Origin: Dipteris shenzhenensis
Lineage: Eukaryota
Assembly (NCBI GenBank): GCA_047967505.1
Contig: CM106538.1
DNA: 64,000 nt
Reading direction: 5' to 3' (one strand)
The translations under genes were made by a program, and so were the position numbers. The notes beneath the pieces are model-generated. The model saw nothing but the letters and a program-made list of their open reading frames with translations. It was not told where the DNA came from and did not search any database. Of this stretch, positions 1 to 14,189 are shown piece by piece (position 1 is the stretch's first letter; the number at the start of each line of letters is the position of its first letter).

Positions 1-1052
1 GTCTCATCATCTAAAGTGCAGTCATTCTAGGATTCCCATTGCTTGACAAACAGCACAGTGATAGAAGCCGCATTCAAGTCATTGAAATGTTCCAAGCTAA
101 TTGGTCCTTTTATCTCTCTCTCACCTCATCGGTGGATTTTCGGCTCTTAAAGCTCTTGGACTTCATAGGAAAGCTAGATCACATAACATACATTGACTTC
201 ATCGTGTCATGTTGAATGGAAGATTGCACTCTCCCTTTGTCATCAAGGCGATTTGGCAATTGTTTTGTAGCGAACAACTATAATGGGAACTCATGGAGAT
301 AGAGCCTTTTCTTCTAACAACAAGGGAAGCGATGCAACATTGGGACAATCAAGCTAGGATGATGATTCATTTTTTTTGCAGAAGAGGGGGCCTACACATA
401 AAGCTTGTGTTGTGTGCATACAAAAAAATCGTGTTGCTAATGTAGACCTCAAGCAACAACAATCTTTAGGCAATTGGGTAAGTATCTCAAGTGTCGAGCG
501 CTCATTGAAGGAGTGCTTCAATGGTGATGCTTTTCATCTGCACCAAAAGAATTCAATTTGCAACGAAATCATTTGAATTGATTCTCCCCTAGTGGATGAA
601 TGGACTGTCGTTTACTACTTTTACTGCTAAAATCGACTCCTTACAAGCTCTGCTTTTCTTAATCAAGATGAACTGTTGAACAAGTTTTGCTGGAAGATAT
701 TTTTGTCTGTTTAGAAAATGGCCGGATTCTTTTTCAACTCATAATGATCCCTTGGGTCCTTGCCTATTTATCTCCTTGCTGCCACGCTCTTCTTTTCAGG
801 TGTGAATCCATGATCGTAATCAGCGCTTCTTTCTTGAGATGTTTATATAGGTTTGGCTTGAAGGCTCTTTGGAAGAAGTCATTCAAAACCTAGTGAAGTC
901 TTGGGAAATGGAGTTGTCGCACAAAATGCGAGTATAGGATTTTAAGACTATACATCTAGAGATGCTGTAAGCTATCTCGCACTATGTGTTTGTTTTGATG
1001 ATTAGCTTGCTATATTCATTTGATGGTCATTTTCATGGATTTCACAATGCAG

Positions 1053-1273
1053 GGTACACAAAAGGGAAGAGCAACATCATTGTTCTAGGGTTTAGTGTCC
1101 ACAATGCCCATATGGACATGCGAGAGAAATTGGTCATTCTGGAGGCCAAGTGGCCTCATGCAATCATGCAATTGATAGCACTGCCGCACATTGAGAAAGT
1201 CGAAGTGCTGATCACTTGCAATCATATGGAAATTTATGTGGTTGCTCTTTCTTGGCATAGGGGTGTACTAGAG
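1053..1273 (+). pseudogene. HEMA: Isolated degenerate exon of glutamyl-tRNA reductase (N-terminal catalytic region)
   Basis: Translates as YTKGKSNIIVLGFSVHNAHMDMREKLVILEAKWPHAIMQLIALPHIEKVEVLITCNHMEIYVVALSWHRGVLE, matching plant GluTR ([33 protein letters not shown]...STCNRMEIYV-ALS-HRGV). Bounded by CAG acceptor (1050-1052) and GT donor (1274). STCNR is changed to ITCNH; no downstream exon recognised. Confidence 0.8.
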
Positions 1274-2039
1274 GTCAGCAAAGGTCCGTCTTTGTTTCCT
1301 TTGTTGCATTGATTGTTAAGTTAGTGCATGACCATTGTGAATGTGGCTATTATTTGTTTGTATGAATGTTTGAAAATTACACCATCATGCTTCTAAATTT
1401 CCAACTACAAGCTTTCCTTTGCAACGGTACAAGTTACTCCTCCACTACGTGATATGAAGATGGCCTTGCAAAATAAGATAATAAAGTACGTGAAGCTTGT
1501 AGGCATCGTTCCCTTTATTATTGAGAGGCCTTCTAAGTAGTATAATCCCCAATCCTTTCTATAGTGTGGCCATTTTTCTTATGACATAGATATGCTCTTT
1601 CAGTGTTTTACGCATGTTACCCAGTGTGTGTTGTGCAATTTTTGCAATTTGAAGGTCTGGCCGCATCTTAACTATCATGTAAGGTGACAAAGGCATTCAA
1701 TGTCCCTATTGCCAACAAGTGATGAATGGGTCCTTGGCCTATAATGAATAACAATCAAGATGCAACCAAGGCCCATAAACAAATACAAGTCCCACATCTC
1801 TATGATAGAGCAGACATTACGTCTATTGGCAGAGGGAATGATTAATTTCCTCCAAAGGGGGTTGATGGTGGGGGACTAGGCAGCATGCTCAAGCAAGAGA
1901 ACCCAATTCTGGGCTACGTTTTGCCTCCACTCAAATCTTTATATGACATGATCAGCATGGCCTTTGACAAAATGGTGAGCTCATTTGACTTTCAATGTAG
2001 CACACTTGGTCTTGAGGATCAATTATGGTAGCATGTAGC

Positions 2040-2700
2040 CCTTTATATTTTCCCTTTATATCTTAATCCGCCCATTGGTCGATGTTGTGCTCATGTCTTC
2101 TTTACTTTGAGCAACCTTAAACATGGGAGATTGTGGATAGTTTATCTTGAAAATCATAGGGGTGCCATTTCGTGTGTATGCCAATCTTCTCGTTATGCAT
2201 TTTCAATTGGGAATTTAGAAAATTATATTTCAATTCACATTTACTCCTGCTTGGCCAATTGTCCTACAACGTCTACCCATAAGTTTGTAGAGAGAGTGGA
2301 TCTTAAAATTCTAGTGGAGAATATTGAGTCAAATTATGCATTGAAATAGCATAGTTGTATGATCAACAAGGGTGGTTTTGGACTAAGTCTATTTAGACAT
2401 AATGTGGCACTGTAGGGATTCAAACATTTGAACTTGATGTTGTGAGTGGGACATCAAAAGCGTGATAAAGTAGCAAAGATTTGCAGGGAGATCCTAACAC
2501 TTTGTGCGACAAAGCTAGCTATACATCATGGGTGGCTTTGATTAAATTGTTGTGCAGTATTCTGAAAGCACATCCTACATTCAAGTTTTATAAGGATTTG
2601 TTTGTAGAGACCCAATTTTATCATACTTTTCATGCTAGCATTTGGGAACTTCGTGTTATAGAGATTGTTGGAATATGCAGAAACAATTGAATCCTGTAAA
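2040..2700 (+). mobile_element. Possible highly decayed L1-like LINE ORF2 remnant (post-RT region)
   Basis: Broken reading gives ALK*HSCMINKGGFGL, resembling the W..C.PK..GGLG motif of plant LINEs; multiple stops and frameshifts. Confidence 0.3.
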
Positions 2701-2789
2701 GAGTTTGCTTTGGATTTTTTTACGTGCAAAAGTTGTTCTGGAGGTGGGGCTTCTAAATGTTGAAGGTTACTACACCTCCTTGCTCACTT

Positions 2790-3221
2790 TGTTCTACCAA
2801 TTGTTGAATGTTTTGCCAATTGCCAAAAAAGTTGTTCTACCAAAACCTATTTTACAAAATATATACTGCCAAAAAATCTATTCCGTAAAAAAGGGCTTTT
2901 GCTTGCCAAACAGGATTTATGCCTACCAATGAAAAGATCGTTATCTACTACATTGTTTTATAAAAAAGGAGAAAAACCTATTCTACCCCCCCCAAAAAAA
3001 AAAGGGTTGTTCTACCAAACGAGATGTTCTGCTGCCAAAAAAACTATTGTGCCAAAAGAGTCCATTGCCTAAAAACTAGAAAAGTTATCTTGCAAACTTA
3101 TAAATAGTGGGTTTTTACCTTCTACTTTCTGCCAAAAAATCTATTGCACCAAAAGGGTTTATTGCCTCAAAACTATAAAAGTTATCTTGCAAACTTATAA
3201 ATAGTGGGTTTTTACCTTCTA
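2790..3221. repeat. Degenerate minisatellite region with a ~60-bp direct repeat
   Basis: Recurrent (t/c)tgccaaaaaa and ttctaccaa motifs; near-identical direct repeat at 3064-3124 and 3161-3221 (aaagttatcttgcaaacttataaatagtgggtttttaccttcta). Confidence 0.75.
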
Positions 3222-3637
3222 TTTTGAATGTAATTTTTTGTGCATGTAAATAGTCAAAGAAACCTATGTGACTGGTGCATGCAAGATATTGATTTCTCAA
3301 ATTGTAATATGAATACAACTAGTAATATTTAGGTAATATGCTAGTATCCTATCTATTCACGCAAGACTTCTTTGCGATACTATTGGAGCCTAATATTCTC
3401 GATGTTGCTTCAATTTAAATTCTTACAATATTTCTCTCTTTTGATGTATGTTCTTGATGCAAGGTAAGATTTAGAATCAGCAGTAGAGATAGCCAAGTTG
3501 AATGCAAGATTGAAGGATGACATTTCATATGGTTGTAGTCCATGACCCAATATTTTTTAGGTTATAAACAAGGATCAGTTATGAGCTCTTATGAGCGTAG
3601 TCTTATTAATGTATTCGTTGGCTTCAATTTCCAAAAG

Positions 3638-4047
3638 GCACAAATCTTTGCACATCACCAAGGCAATAATAAAGCACTACCCCTAACATTTGTAGGGAGG
3701 ATGGGGGGGCCTTGATGGACTCGGTGTTGTCGTCTCTCATGTTCATTATTATTTTTCCTTTAGGAAAATTTCATTAGATAGTAGGATCCAAGTTCCATTT
3801 TAAGATAGTGGCTATGTGCTCCATGACAAAAATGGGACTCTAAAGTATAGCGAGTGAGCAATGAAGAAACTAATAAGTACGTGCCAAGGACTATGAAAAT
3901 GAATGAATAAATGTCAAGGATTGACAAGGGATATTGTGATGATAAGCGAGTTTAATTTTCCATTTAAAGGGCCATAGTCTCGTAACACTCTACTTGTTTG
4001 GCATATGACGTTATTGTCTTTTTTTTTTCTTGCACAAATATTTGTAC
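3638..4047 (+). repeat. ~394-bp tandem unit 1 plus the first 16 bp of unit 2 (copia insertion site)
   Basis: Unit 1 starts gcacaaatctttgcacatcaccaagg (3638). Unit 2 starts gcacaaatatttgtac (4032) and is cut by the LTR at 4048; its remainder lies inverted at ~19975-20363. Confidence 0.85.
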
Positions 4048-7000
4048 TGATGGAGAGGAGGTCTTATCGGAGAGCAACAAAAAAAAGGTGAACACTGAAA
4101 TTTGTGGGTGCTAACTCACCCAGATCAAGGTAAGCTCTTATTATGTATGTATGGTACAAAGGGGTATATACTAGGCCATTGGCCTATACCCCAACAACCT
4201 CCCACTTAAAGGCCAATGCACCTTTAAGGGAGAAGATGGGCATCCTAATGTCATCTGACACCCATCAATACTCTGCAATGTGCAGACCGCTCTGAGGAAA
4301 GACTCTTTGTAAGAAGTTCTGCAGGGTTCTCATCTGTGTGAACCTTGACAAGCTAGATGCGCTTGTCCTCAATGACCTCTCTGATGAAGTGATACTTCAC
4401 ATCAATATGCCTTGTCTTCGCATGGAAGATAGGATTCCATGCCAACTGGATGGCACTCTGACTATCACAGTGCAAAACTGGAACCTCTCCTGCAATGCTC
4501 AAGTCTCCCACTAGAAGAGTAAGCCATACAGCTTCCTTGCATGCCTCAGTGACTACAACATACTCTGCCTCAGTGGTAGAAAAAGCCGTACATGGCTGCA
4601 AACGAGAGACCCATGAATGATGAAACTGACCTCCAGTGAATGAGAAAATATATCCTGTAGTAGACCTCCTCGTGTCCACATTCCCTGCAAAATCAGCATC
4701 TGCATATCCAACAACAGATGTGTCCTTCCGGCCAAAGAAAATGCACATGTCCTTTGTACCATTCAAGTATCTCATGATACCTTTCACTGCCTCCCAATGC
4801 TTCTTGCCAAGATTTTCCATATACCTGCTAACAGCTCCCACTGCAAAAGCAATATCTGGATGTGTAGCAACCATGGCATACATCAAGCTTCCTACTGCAG
4901 ATGCATAAGGTATCTTTGCCATTTTAGCCTGCTCCTCATCTGACTTAGGGCTGTCCGCTTGGCTGAGTTTCACATCTGGAGGCAACGGAGTACTTATGGA
5001 CTTCCCCCTCTCCATATTGAAATGCTCAAGCACCTTGCTAATGTACTCTTTCTGTGACAAATGAAGGAGTTTCTTGTTCCTATCCCAAACAATCCTCATG
5101 CCAAGTATGTGACTAGCATCACCCAAATCCTTCATGTCAAAGGTCTCATGCAACCTTTTCTTCAAGGCATCCACATCCAAAGTAGATTTCCCAGCAATAA
5201 GCATGTCATCAACATATAAAATCAAAATAAGAAGGCTGCCATCTGATGCCTTCTTTGTGTAGAGGCAATGATCTGTCTCACTCCGTGTGTACCCTTGGGA
5301 TCGCATAAATGCATCAAACTTATGGTACCACTCCCTAGGAGCCTGCTTCAGCCCATAAAGGCTTTTCTAAAGCTTGCATACCATCCGTTCTTTGCCCTGC
5401 ACAACAAACCCCTCTGGCTGCTGCATATAAATGTTCTCATGAAGATCTCCATGTAGAAAAGCTATTTTTTCATCCATTTGGACAAGCTCCATGTCCTCTC
5501 TGGCAACCAATGCAAGCACTATATGAAGGGTAATCATCTTCACCACTGGGGAAAAGATCTCATCAAAGTCAATACCCTTCTCTTGCTTAAAACTGGCTAC
5601 CAACCTTGCCTTATACTTAGGCAATGCATCTGCTGGAGACATCTTCAACTTGTAAACCCATTTGCATGGCAATGTAGTCTTTCCTTTGGGCAAATAAACC
5701 AAATCCCAAGTAGCATTTTTCATCAAAGAATCCATCTATGACTGCATAGCCTTCTCCCACTTATGCTTGTCATTTTTTAGACATAGCATCCTCAAAGCAT
5801 GAAGGCTCACCACAATCTGTCAACATGACATAATCTAGAGATGGAGCATATCTCTGTGGAGGTCATGAGACTCTAGTGGAACGTCTCAACACTTGCTCAC
5901 CATGAGCATCTTGCTGCCCCAACTGATTTTCCTGCATAACTTGAGGTTGTCCACCTAGATGTGGCTCTCCCACCTCACGATCTATGGGCTGTCCATGCCC
6001 TACACCATGTGGAATAGGTTGTGCATACCTCTCATATGGTGGTTGTCCATCCTCTTGAAACACCACTCTGCATATCTCAATAGTCTTTTCTGGCTTCTTG
6101 TGCATCTTGTCCTCATTAAAGATAATATCATGGCTGCGTACTATCTTCCTGGCCTCTGGATCCCACAATCAGTACCCCATCTAACCTGAATCACCATATC
6201 CAAGGAAAATCCACTTCCTTGACTTTGGATTAAGCTTGCTGCATTTTTCCTTAGGGATATGAACATAAGCTTCACAACCAAATACATGAAGATGCCCATA
6301 AGATGGTGGCTTGCTTGACTAAACCTCTTCTGGCACTTTCCCATCTAGTGCCTTGCTAGGCGATCTATTGATAAGATGTACTGCTGTCTTGATAGACAGA
6401 GCCCAAAAGCCATGAGGTAGACCGGCATTAGAAAGCATGCTTATATTCCTTTCTTGAATAGTCCTATTCATCTTCTCAGCAACCCCATTCTGAGAAGGAT
6501 TCTCAGGAGTAGTCAACTCCCGCTTTATGCCACGTAGCTCACAAAAATTCTTAAATGCATATGAGAGGTATACTCTCCTCCATTATCGGTGCGCAAGCAT
6601 TGCAGCTTCTTGCCCAACTGATTTTCAGCAAATGCTAAGAACTTTTGAAATGCATCAAAGACATCACTCTTCTTCCGAAGAGGATAGACCCACACTTTCC
6701 ATGTAGCATCATCAATGAAAGTAGCAAAGTAAGAAGCACCACCCAATGAGACAGTAGGCATAGGTCCACACACATCACTGTGAACCAACTCCAATGGTTC
6801 AAGCCTCTTCTTGCCCAAAGATTTTTTATGTGAAGGCCGTGTTTGCTTCCCATACATGCAATGCTCACACATGCTAAAATCTAAAAAATTAAGCACAGGA
6901 ACATACTACAAACCAGAAAGTATCTTCATTCCTGTCATGCTCATGTGTCCCAACCGAGAATGCCACAAAGAGATGGATGGCTGATCGGTCACATTGATTA

Positions 7001-9348
7001 TATTATCTCTTATGCCTGACACATGCATTGAGTACAACGTTCCATGCTTGGAACCTCTAGCAATCACAAGTGACCCTTTGCTACTTTTCCATGTATTGTT
7101 GCCAAAAAACACATGATAGACATCATCATCAAGCTGTCTCGTACTTATCAGCTCTTTTTCATATTTGGAACATGCCTAACATTCTTGAGTACAAATGTAG
7201 AACCATTAGGAAGAGACAAGTGGATATCTCCCACTCCAACAATGTCACATGGATAATCATTTCCAAGTCATCATAAATGGTAAACCACTCCCTATGTGGA
7301 GTGACATGGAAAGATGCTCCTGAGTCTAGTATCCAATTCTGTGACAATGCATCATTACTAGTCACAAGAAAAGGATGCTCAAACATAGAGGCATAAAGAA
7401 TGTCACCCTCATCACTATTGTTACTTATGGCATTCACTTCCTCTATATTGATCGTGGATTTCTCTTCCTTCTTGGGCTGCACATTAGCTTTGCCTTTGCC
7501 TTTATCGTTCTTCCATTTGTAGCAATCCTTTTTGAAATGGCCTTTCTTCCCACAATAGAAGCATTTCAAATCCTTTTTGGCATGGGATTTTCCTCTAGAT
7601 TTGCTTCTAGACTTGCTTTGTATTTCTGTCGTGGTATTTCCCCCTGGAATATGACCTTCCTATCACATTGAGAGCACTTGAGTTCCAGCATTGTTCTTTC
7701 TATTTACCTCCTCAGTGAGAAGGCTACTCTCAACATCACTACTTGTTAGGCCTCCTGCATGGGCTGAATTGCTTATAGCAGTCCTAAAAGTGTCCCAACT
7801 TTCAGGAAGGGTGACCAATAAGAACATTGCCTTAACTGAGTCATCAAAGGCAATTTTCTGAGCTGAAAGTTGATTGAAAATTGTATTAAACTCATTTAAA
7901 TGGCTAGACATTGAAGTCCCTTTTGTTATGCAAAGATCTATGAGTTTCTTCAGCCAATAAACTTGACAAGCGGCACTTTGCTTCTCATAAAGATCATGCA
8001 ACTTTGTCCACACACCATAGGTACCACTTGCAGTATCTTTCACATTGAAATACACCGATTTTGAAAGTGTGAGCATGATCATGAAGCGTGCAAGCTCATC
8101 CAATTCCTTCCACTCTTCATCATCTTCCGAATCCTCTAGCTTTATGCCTTTGCATTTTATAGGCTTTACTTGCTTCTTCTACACCAGAACATTGTAGATT
8201 TGCTCCTTCCAATAGGAGAAGTTTGCGCCATCCAACTTCCCAATGTTAAACAATGCATTCTCTGATGCCGAAGCCATCACAATGGATGACAAAACAACCA
8301 GGATACACTGCACCAATGTACCAAACTCAAGCCCAAAAAAATATCAACTGCAATGACAACAGCCACACTGTCACTGTCACAAATACATGTTCTGCTGTAA
8401 GTGACCTCAGGGCATCCCAAAACTAGCCAATAGCTTTTGCACGGTAGCTCCGATGCAAAAAAAGTAAACAGAAGAAATGTAGCTTGTAGAAAACTCTACA
8501 ACTTCTCAGTTTACAGCAAGTCCAAAATCCTTACAGATTTCCTTATATCTGCTATTGGATACCACCACCTGTAAGCTTTTACTGCTGTAATAACAGTCTA
8601 CAACAATTTTGGCCTGTTTTGAACTGTCAATATCTTCCCAACTATAACTTGGTTGCCTTTGCTATAAACACCAAAGTTGTAAACAACAATAGATGTACAA
8701 ACTTCTAGTTTACTGCACGTCCAAATTCATTATGGATTTTATGATATTCACTGCTGAAAGCAGCCCCCTGCTCACTTTTTCTAGCTGCTGTCATAAACTG
8801 TCAAAACTGTAAATCATGGCCATAACGGGCATCATAACTTTTTCTCTAAATCTCTAATTGAAACACTTTCAAAAACAAGATTGTAGATTGTCCAAAAAAC
8901 TAAAACTTCTTAGTTCAACTGAGAAGACAATTCCTCATGGATTCCGTGATATTCACTTCTGAAGACAGCCACCTGCTCACTTTTTACTGCCGTCACAAGA
9001 TTGCAAACTGCCAATCACCAACTTTTCCTAAAGCATTTGAGGCATAAACTCCAATGAAATAGCCCAACAATTCTGAAAATTGTTGTCCAAAAAATTCCCT
9101 TAGTGGGAAGAGTATTGCACTCACAAAAATAATCCCTTCCTAGGATACAAGACAACTTCAAAAAAACACTGCTCACTTATGCTCACTTTCTCAGCTAAAC
9201 AAAGGCTCAAAATGCATCAATTGTAAGCAATCACTTTCAGCCAACCTTTGGCTTGATATGCATCAACTTGAAGCTTCACGCTCGGAATTGCAGAGCAGTA
9301 GGTCGTTTTTGAACGTAGATGGATAATATTCCTTCCCCCTCGCTCAAA
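4048..9348 (-). mobile_element. Ty1/copia element A1, decayed: 3' LTR, PPT, gag-pol and partial leader; 5' LTR displaced to 20364
   Basis: 149-bp TG..CA LTR at 4048-4196; PPT acctcccactt at 4197-4207. Fragmented gag (CFYCGKKGHFKKDC), protease (WILDSGAS), integrase (LVHSDVCGP, RTDNGGEY), RT (YVDDML) and RNase H in copia order; gag ATG at 8277. Homology to the leader of element A2 stops at ~9348. Confidence 0.95.
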
Positions 9349-9349
9349 C

Positions 9350-9625
9350 GATAGCTTCATCAGAAAATTGAAACAAGACTTATTTACAGAGTTTGACATG
9401 AAAGATCTTGGACTTATGCACTATTGTCTTGGAAATGAGTTATGGAAAGATTTAGATAGCACATTTATGAGTCGGCTCAAGTATGTTGACAGTCTCCTGA
9501 AGAAGTTTCATATGGCAGATTGCAAGATTACAGCCACTCCCATGGAACAGAGTTTGAAACGTGCTAAAGATTCAGAAAAGCCTACAGTCAATGACAGGTA
9601 CTATAGGCATCTCATCGAATCTCTG
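9350..9625 (+). mobile_element. Ty1/copia RT fragment
   Basis: KQDLFTEFDMKDLGLMHYCLG...YVDSLLKKFHMADCK..ATPME is the copia RT C-terminal part; no LTRs seen. Confidence 0.8.
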
Positions 9626-10088
9626 GGCCATCTAGGGCCTTTGCCAATCCATTTGTGACTACAGATCGAAAATGGGAGGGGGTTAATAAAAACTCCCACC
9701 CACCTATGCTGAAATAGAAAGCTAGACCAACATAACCTTTGAAGGAGAAAAAGCTAAGCTTGGGTTTGAGGCCCAGGGTGCTTGCAAGAGGAACTACATA
9801 AAGGGGGATGAAACTCTGACCTCCTTCCTAGAAAAGAATAGGGGGTATGTATTACATCTTGCCTCCTCTATTGATTAAATGACAAGTTACCACTCTAGTG
9901 GTGTAAAAAGAATCTTGAATGGTGGTCTTGAAATAGAGAAGATCAAAGCCTAAAACCACAAAGCTCACTATGTCAATAATTCTTATCTCTTAGGAGTCCA
10001 TAAGTATACTCACCAATTGTATCATCTCTTATTAAATACAAGAAAAGGGCTAAGACTTTGAGAGTATTCAATCTTGGTACAATCAAAC

Positions 10089-10824
10089 TGTTAGAAAACA
10101 ATACAAAATCTGTGCTTAACAGATAACAAGATCTCGTATGCAAGAGAGAAAAGTAGATAGTATGGAGAATCAAAAAATTGATTATTGTAAAACTAATACA
10201 ATAGATGGCGCTGCCTCCCACCCGTGCGCTCCTGCGAGAGAAGCTTCAATGGCATGCTAGAAATAGTAGAGGACAGAGGTTGGATGCTAAGGAATCAAGG
10301 TTGCTGTAGCCAGTGATGATAATGGGCTTCACGGGCTTGCTCTTATATAGCCACCACTCGTAGTCGATTAGACCCAATTGGGTGACCGCCGACCCAATCC
10401 ACCCAAAATGGCTGACTGGGAGTCGGTCCCAAAATAGGCCACCGACCACACGATAGAATCGTGGCGCAAAATAGAGCAACTCACCTACGGTTTGCGTTCA
10501 GCCCAGAGCCATCCGGGATCATCTGGGGCTCCAAACGGGCCCTGCAACTCAAGAGTGGATTGCCTCGGGAAATGCTCCGTCTACCCTCAGTGCGGTCAGT
10601 CATGGGATGCCTTCCCGCACTTGCATGTAGCCTAGTTGGCAGTGTACCAACTCTATCTGAAGCCGTCCAGCCATCAGGCCACACATGGCCCCCATTTGGT
10701 GCCCAAACCAAGACCTAGCGGATAATCGAGCTACTAAAATGCCTTCTCTTCATATGGGGGGCTTACAAGTAGAGTTAGTTGGTTCCCGCGTAGTTACACG
10801 AGAGTGGAGCATTGATATCTAACA
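10089..10824 (-). mobile_element. Solo-type LTR (~736 bp), same family as 34019-34732
   Basis: Starts tgttag and ends ctaaca; full-length similarity to 34019-34732. Minus-strand start tgttagatatcaatgctcc resembles the LTR start of the young copia (tgttgagatatcaagctct). No clean 5-bp TSD (atcaaac before, accaaac after). Confidence 0.8.
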
Positions 10825-11721
10825 ACCAAACCAATAGGATCTGTATAATGCATTGGTAGATACAATCTTCTTCCCATGGAACCCAAACCTCTAGTCTAGT
10901 CCACGTGAGAGGGAGGAAATAAGATGTAGGACTTACATGGATGGCTCATTATGGAATAGGATAAGCAAGATGAGAGAGTTCTTCCTCTTCTGTCTATATC
11001 CCCAATTTTGGAGCGTGTGGTTTCACAAAGGAAAGGGAGAAGCCTCAAAGTACATATGACTATCTTCTTTCATATGGTCCAGGCTATATGTAATGTCATC
11101 TAGGTGCATTATTCATATGTATAAAACCCTTGCCTTTGTGAAGGAGAGCTATGAGTCAAATTTACTCTCGTGTCCACCTCTTTGCAAGATGATGCCATGG
11201 AATATATGCTTTGAAAATGAATTCATTAATGAAATCCCTAGTGTGATAGTATGCGTAGAATAATCTTTTCCTCTTAGACTTAACTCCGTACATCATTCCC
11301 ATGTGTCCATTGAGTCAAGGTGGATGTCATGGAAGGAAACTCTTCCTTGTTTCAAATAAGAGACAATACCTCAATCTCTTTATTTTGCATTGTCTCATGC
11401 ATTTGTCAAATGTATGTCTAGGTATTGGAGCAATGATGTCTAAGTATTGGAGCCCTTAGAGTCCATTGACTATTGTAGGTCTTAGGTTCTTGACCTAAGT
11501 ACTAGGGTAGAATTCAAATATGTCCAATGTCACAACCTTGGTTTCATCACACCACCATCCACTATACTATGAACAAAGGTAATATGCATGGGCATCTTAA
11601 GACATTTATGAGTATCTTTTTTACATCTCAATACCATCTAAAATGAGTTTAAAATAGTATTTTAATATATGTGTGCAAGGCTTGAGATACTTGAGCTTCC
11701 ATGATTTTAGAGACTTATCAG

Positions 11722-11892
11722 TGATTTTTTTCACATCACTACACTCGTTGCAATAATTTTTGACGTGTACGTGCGTGCGTGTGCATGTGCGTGTGCGTGT
11801 GTGTGTGTGTGAGTGTGAGTGTGAGTGTGAGATTTTTTTCACATTACTAGACTCCTTGCAATAATTTGACACGTATGCGTGCGTGCGTGCGT
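11722..11892. repeat. ~109-bp period tandem duplication containing (GT)n/(GCGT)n microsatellite
   Basis: gatttttttcacat-acta-actc-ttgcaataattt occurs at 11722 and 11831, each followed by GT/GCGT repeats. Confidence 0.8.
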
Positions 11893-14189
11893 GGACAGCT
11901 GTTAAAAAACCTGGTACATCCAATGTGCCTCCTAGAAAGGCTGCTCATAAAAAGACCTCAAGTTCTTTTGAGCCCGGTTCTGAAAAGACATACTTGAAGA
12001 GCAAGAAAGCAGGAGGGACTGATCTGACTGTGATCTCGAACCCGATATTTCAGGTTTGGAGCGTAAAGGGACTGAAAAGATAGTTTTGAAGGGCAAGCAA
12101 GCAGGAGTGGCTGCTATGGCAGGATATACCAAACCAGAAAATGCAGATCGAGGGGCAAAGGGACTGATAAAGGCAAGCAAGCTGCTCATATTCCCTTCTC
12201 AAGAACTTCAGTGTGCTACAACAGAAAAAAAGGAGGAAGATTCAGATTTGTTTTGGAACAAAGGAAGATAGCATCGACAAAGGTGACTCTGAGACCATGG
12301 AGATCTTTAAAGAGGACAGCAGAAAAATAGATTAGAGGCTGATCTTGCAGCTCATGATGAGGACATGCTAGGAAACCTGGTTATTGAGCAAGTTGAGCTG
12401 CCTGCTCTTGGAGGTGAAGTCTATTTAGTAAATTATGTTAAGAAGCAGGTTGGAAAATGTGACAGCCAAACTTCAGCTTCAGTCACTATTAGTCCAGTGA
12501 GCAAAATAAAGAAAAAGAATGGTAAGAAAGAGAACCTTTTGGCTCTCGACTCTCTTAGATCAAACGGTTTGCATTGATACGCCAAGCTTGATCTTGTATT
12601 ATTTCATTATCAATAAAGAGAAATCATTTTTTGCCTTGCACACAGAGAGAGAGATAGGAAGAGAGAGAGAGAGTTTATGTTCATTTGAGTAAGAAGTTTA
12701 AATATGGGTAAAGCATTAAAGAGTTGCAATGGGTGATCTTAATTGTATTGATTGAAGAGGCATTCATAAGCTCAAATGTGCAAGTATTGATTGTATTGAT
12801 TGAATTGGTTGAAGAGGCTCAAATGTGCAAGTGAATGAGCAGCCCTATAGATGATGATAACAAAGACCATGGGTGATGGAAGAAGTATCATGAGCAGTAG
12901 GTAGATTGGAAACAAACCACAATTAAAGAAAATATCCACATACAGTTTGTTAGCACATTGCAAAAATGCATGCTCTTCTACCATAAATTTTAACACGGGT
13001 ATATGCATGCATAGTCTTACAGTTTTCCAAAAAGGAACACACACCAAACAGCTCAACTAATAAGCATCACAACCATGCAAAATTTTGTATGTCTAGTATC
13101 ATCCCCACAGAACAGAGTGTAAGCCTCAAATAGAGTTAGAGAGATGCCAACATGTCAAAAGAATGGACCTATTGTTGAAATATCAAGCATACACCAGTTG
13201 GTTGATTCGTTAGGCGAGTTATGCAAACGCCACTGAGTTGGTAGATAGTCGGTGCGCAATAAAGCTGGGGTTATCTGCCAGCTGTGTATCAGTTGGATTG
13301 CATCCTTTGTAGATCAGATTTCATTGTGTATGTATCCCTTTAGTAAACCATGGTTAGGCATTTAACCATGATTGAATTGCAAACATGAGGATTGAATAAA
13401 AACCATGATTGTATTGTAAACATTATGATTGAGTTTAAAAAAACAAAAAAAGAGTGGGAATTACGTGCCTCTCTTTACAATTTGCAGCCCGCCACTCTGT
13501 GTTCTCTGTTTTAACAGTATCAGAGTAGGCATAGGTTCCTACACCACTTCCATCTGACCTTCCACCATTGGTGGAGGTCCCATCCACAAGCTTGTGGACT
13601 TTTCTGTTTGTGAGTTGCAATTTCATCACAGTGAGAAAACCTTATGCATTTTTGAAGGCTTCAGCTTCTTTTCATCTCCAACATCACTGGAGATTTTGTG
13701 GTGCATCTGATTTAGTAGTATTTGTCCTTGGGCACTGAGGAGAGCCCCCCGGTTCCTCGAAAAGAATGCCTTCATATACACTCAATGAGAGTCTCTCCCT
13801 AACACAAGCATGAAACACAGGTTGCTCGCAATGGCCAATCTGCCTTGACTGTCAGTAAGACGGTAGTGTTTGACTGCTGTCCCATATCCAAATACTGCTG
13901 TCAAGTTACTCTCATATAATAAGATATTCGTCTAGACAATCTAACGTAAGTTGTACATAGAGAGTCGCCTTTCAAGAGGAGATCTGTGTACATAATGAGT
14001 CACCTTGCTTGCATCTGGACATTCGACTTGCTCAAGAGAGGAGCTGAGACAATAGCAGGCCTTAACATAGAGGCACAATCAGAAGACAAGCAGAAGGTGC
14101 ATCAATAATTGAAGACTAAACTACTTGGAAGCCATTCAAAGCCTGCTTGAGATATATGTTGGAAATAATTTACATTCATTACAACTAGA

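Noticed and set aside
11883-12577. Protein-coding gene from several short Lys-rich ORFs
   Set aside because: Frames are broken, no recognisable domain or convincing splice structure; at most a decayed remnant.
13435-14060. Minus-strand exon or LINE RT motif (CKQGDSL)
   Set aside because: Single weak motif with no downstream YADD-type support.
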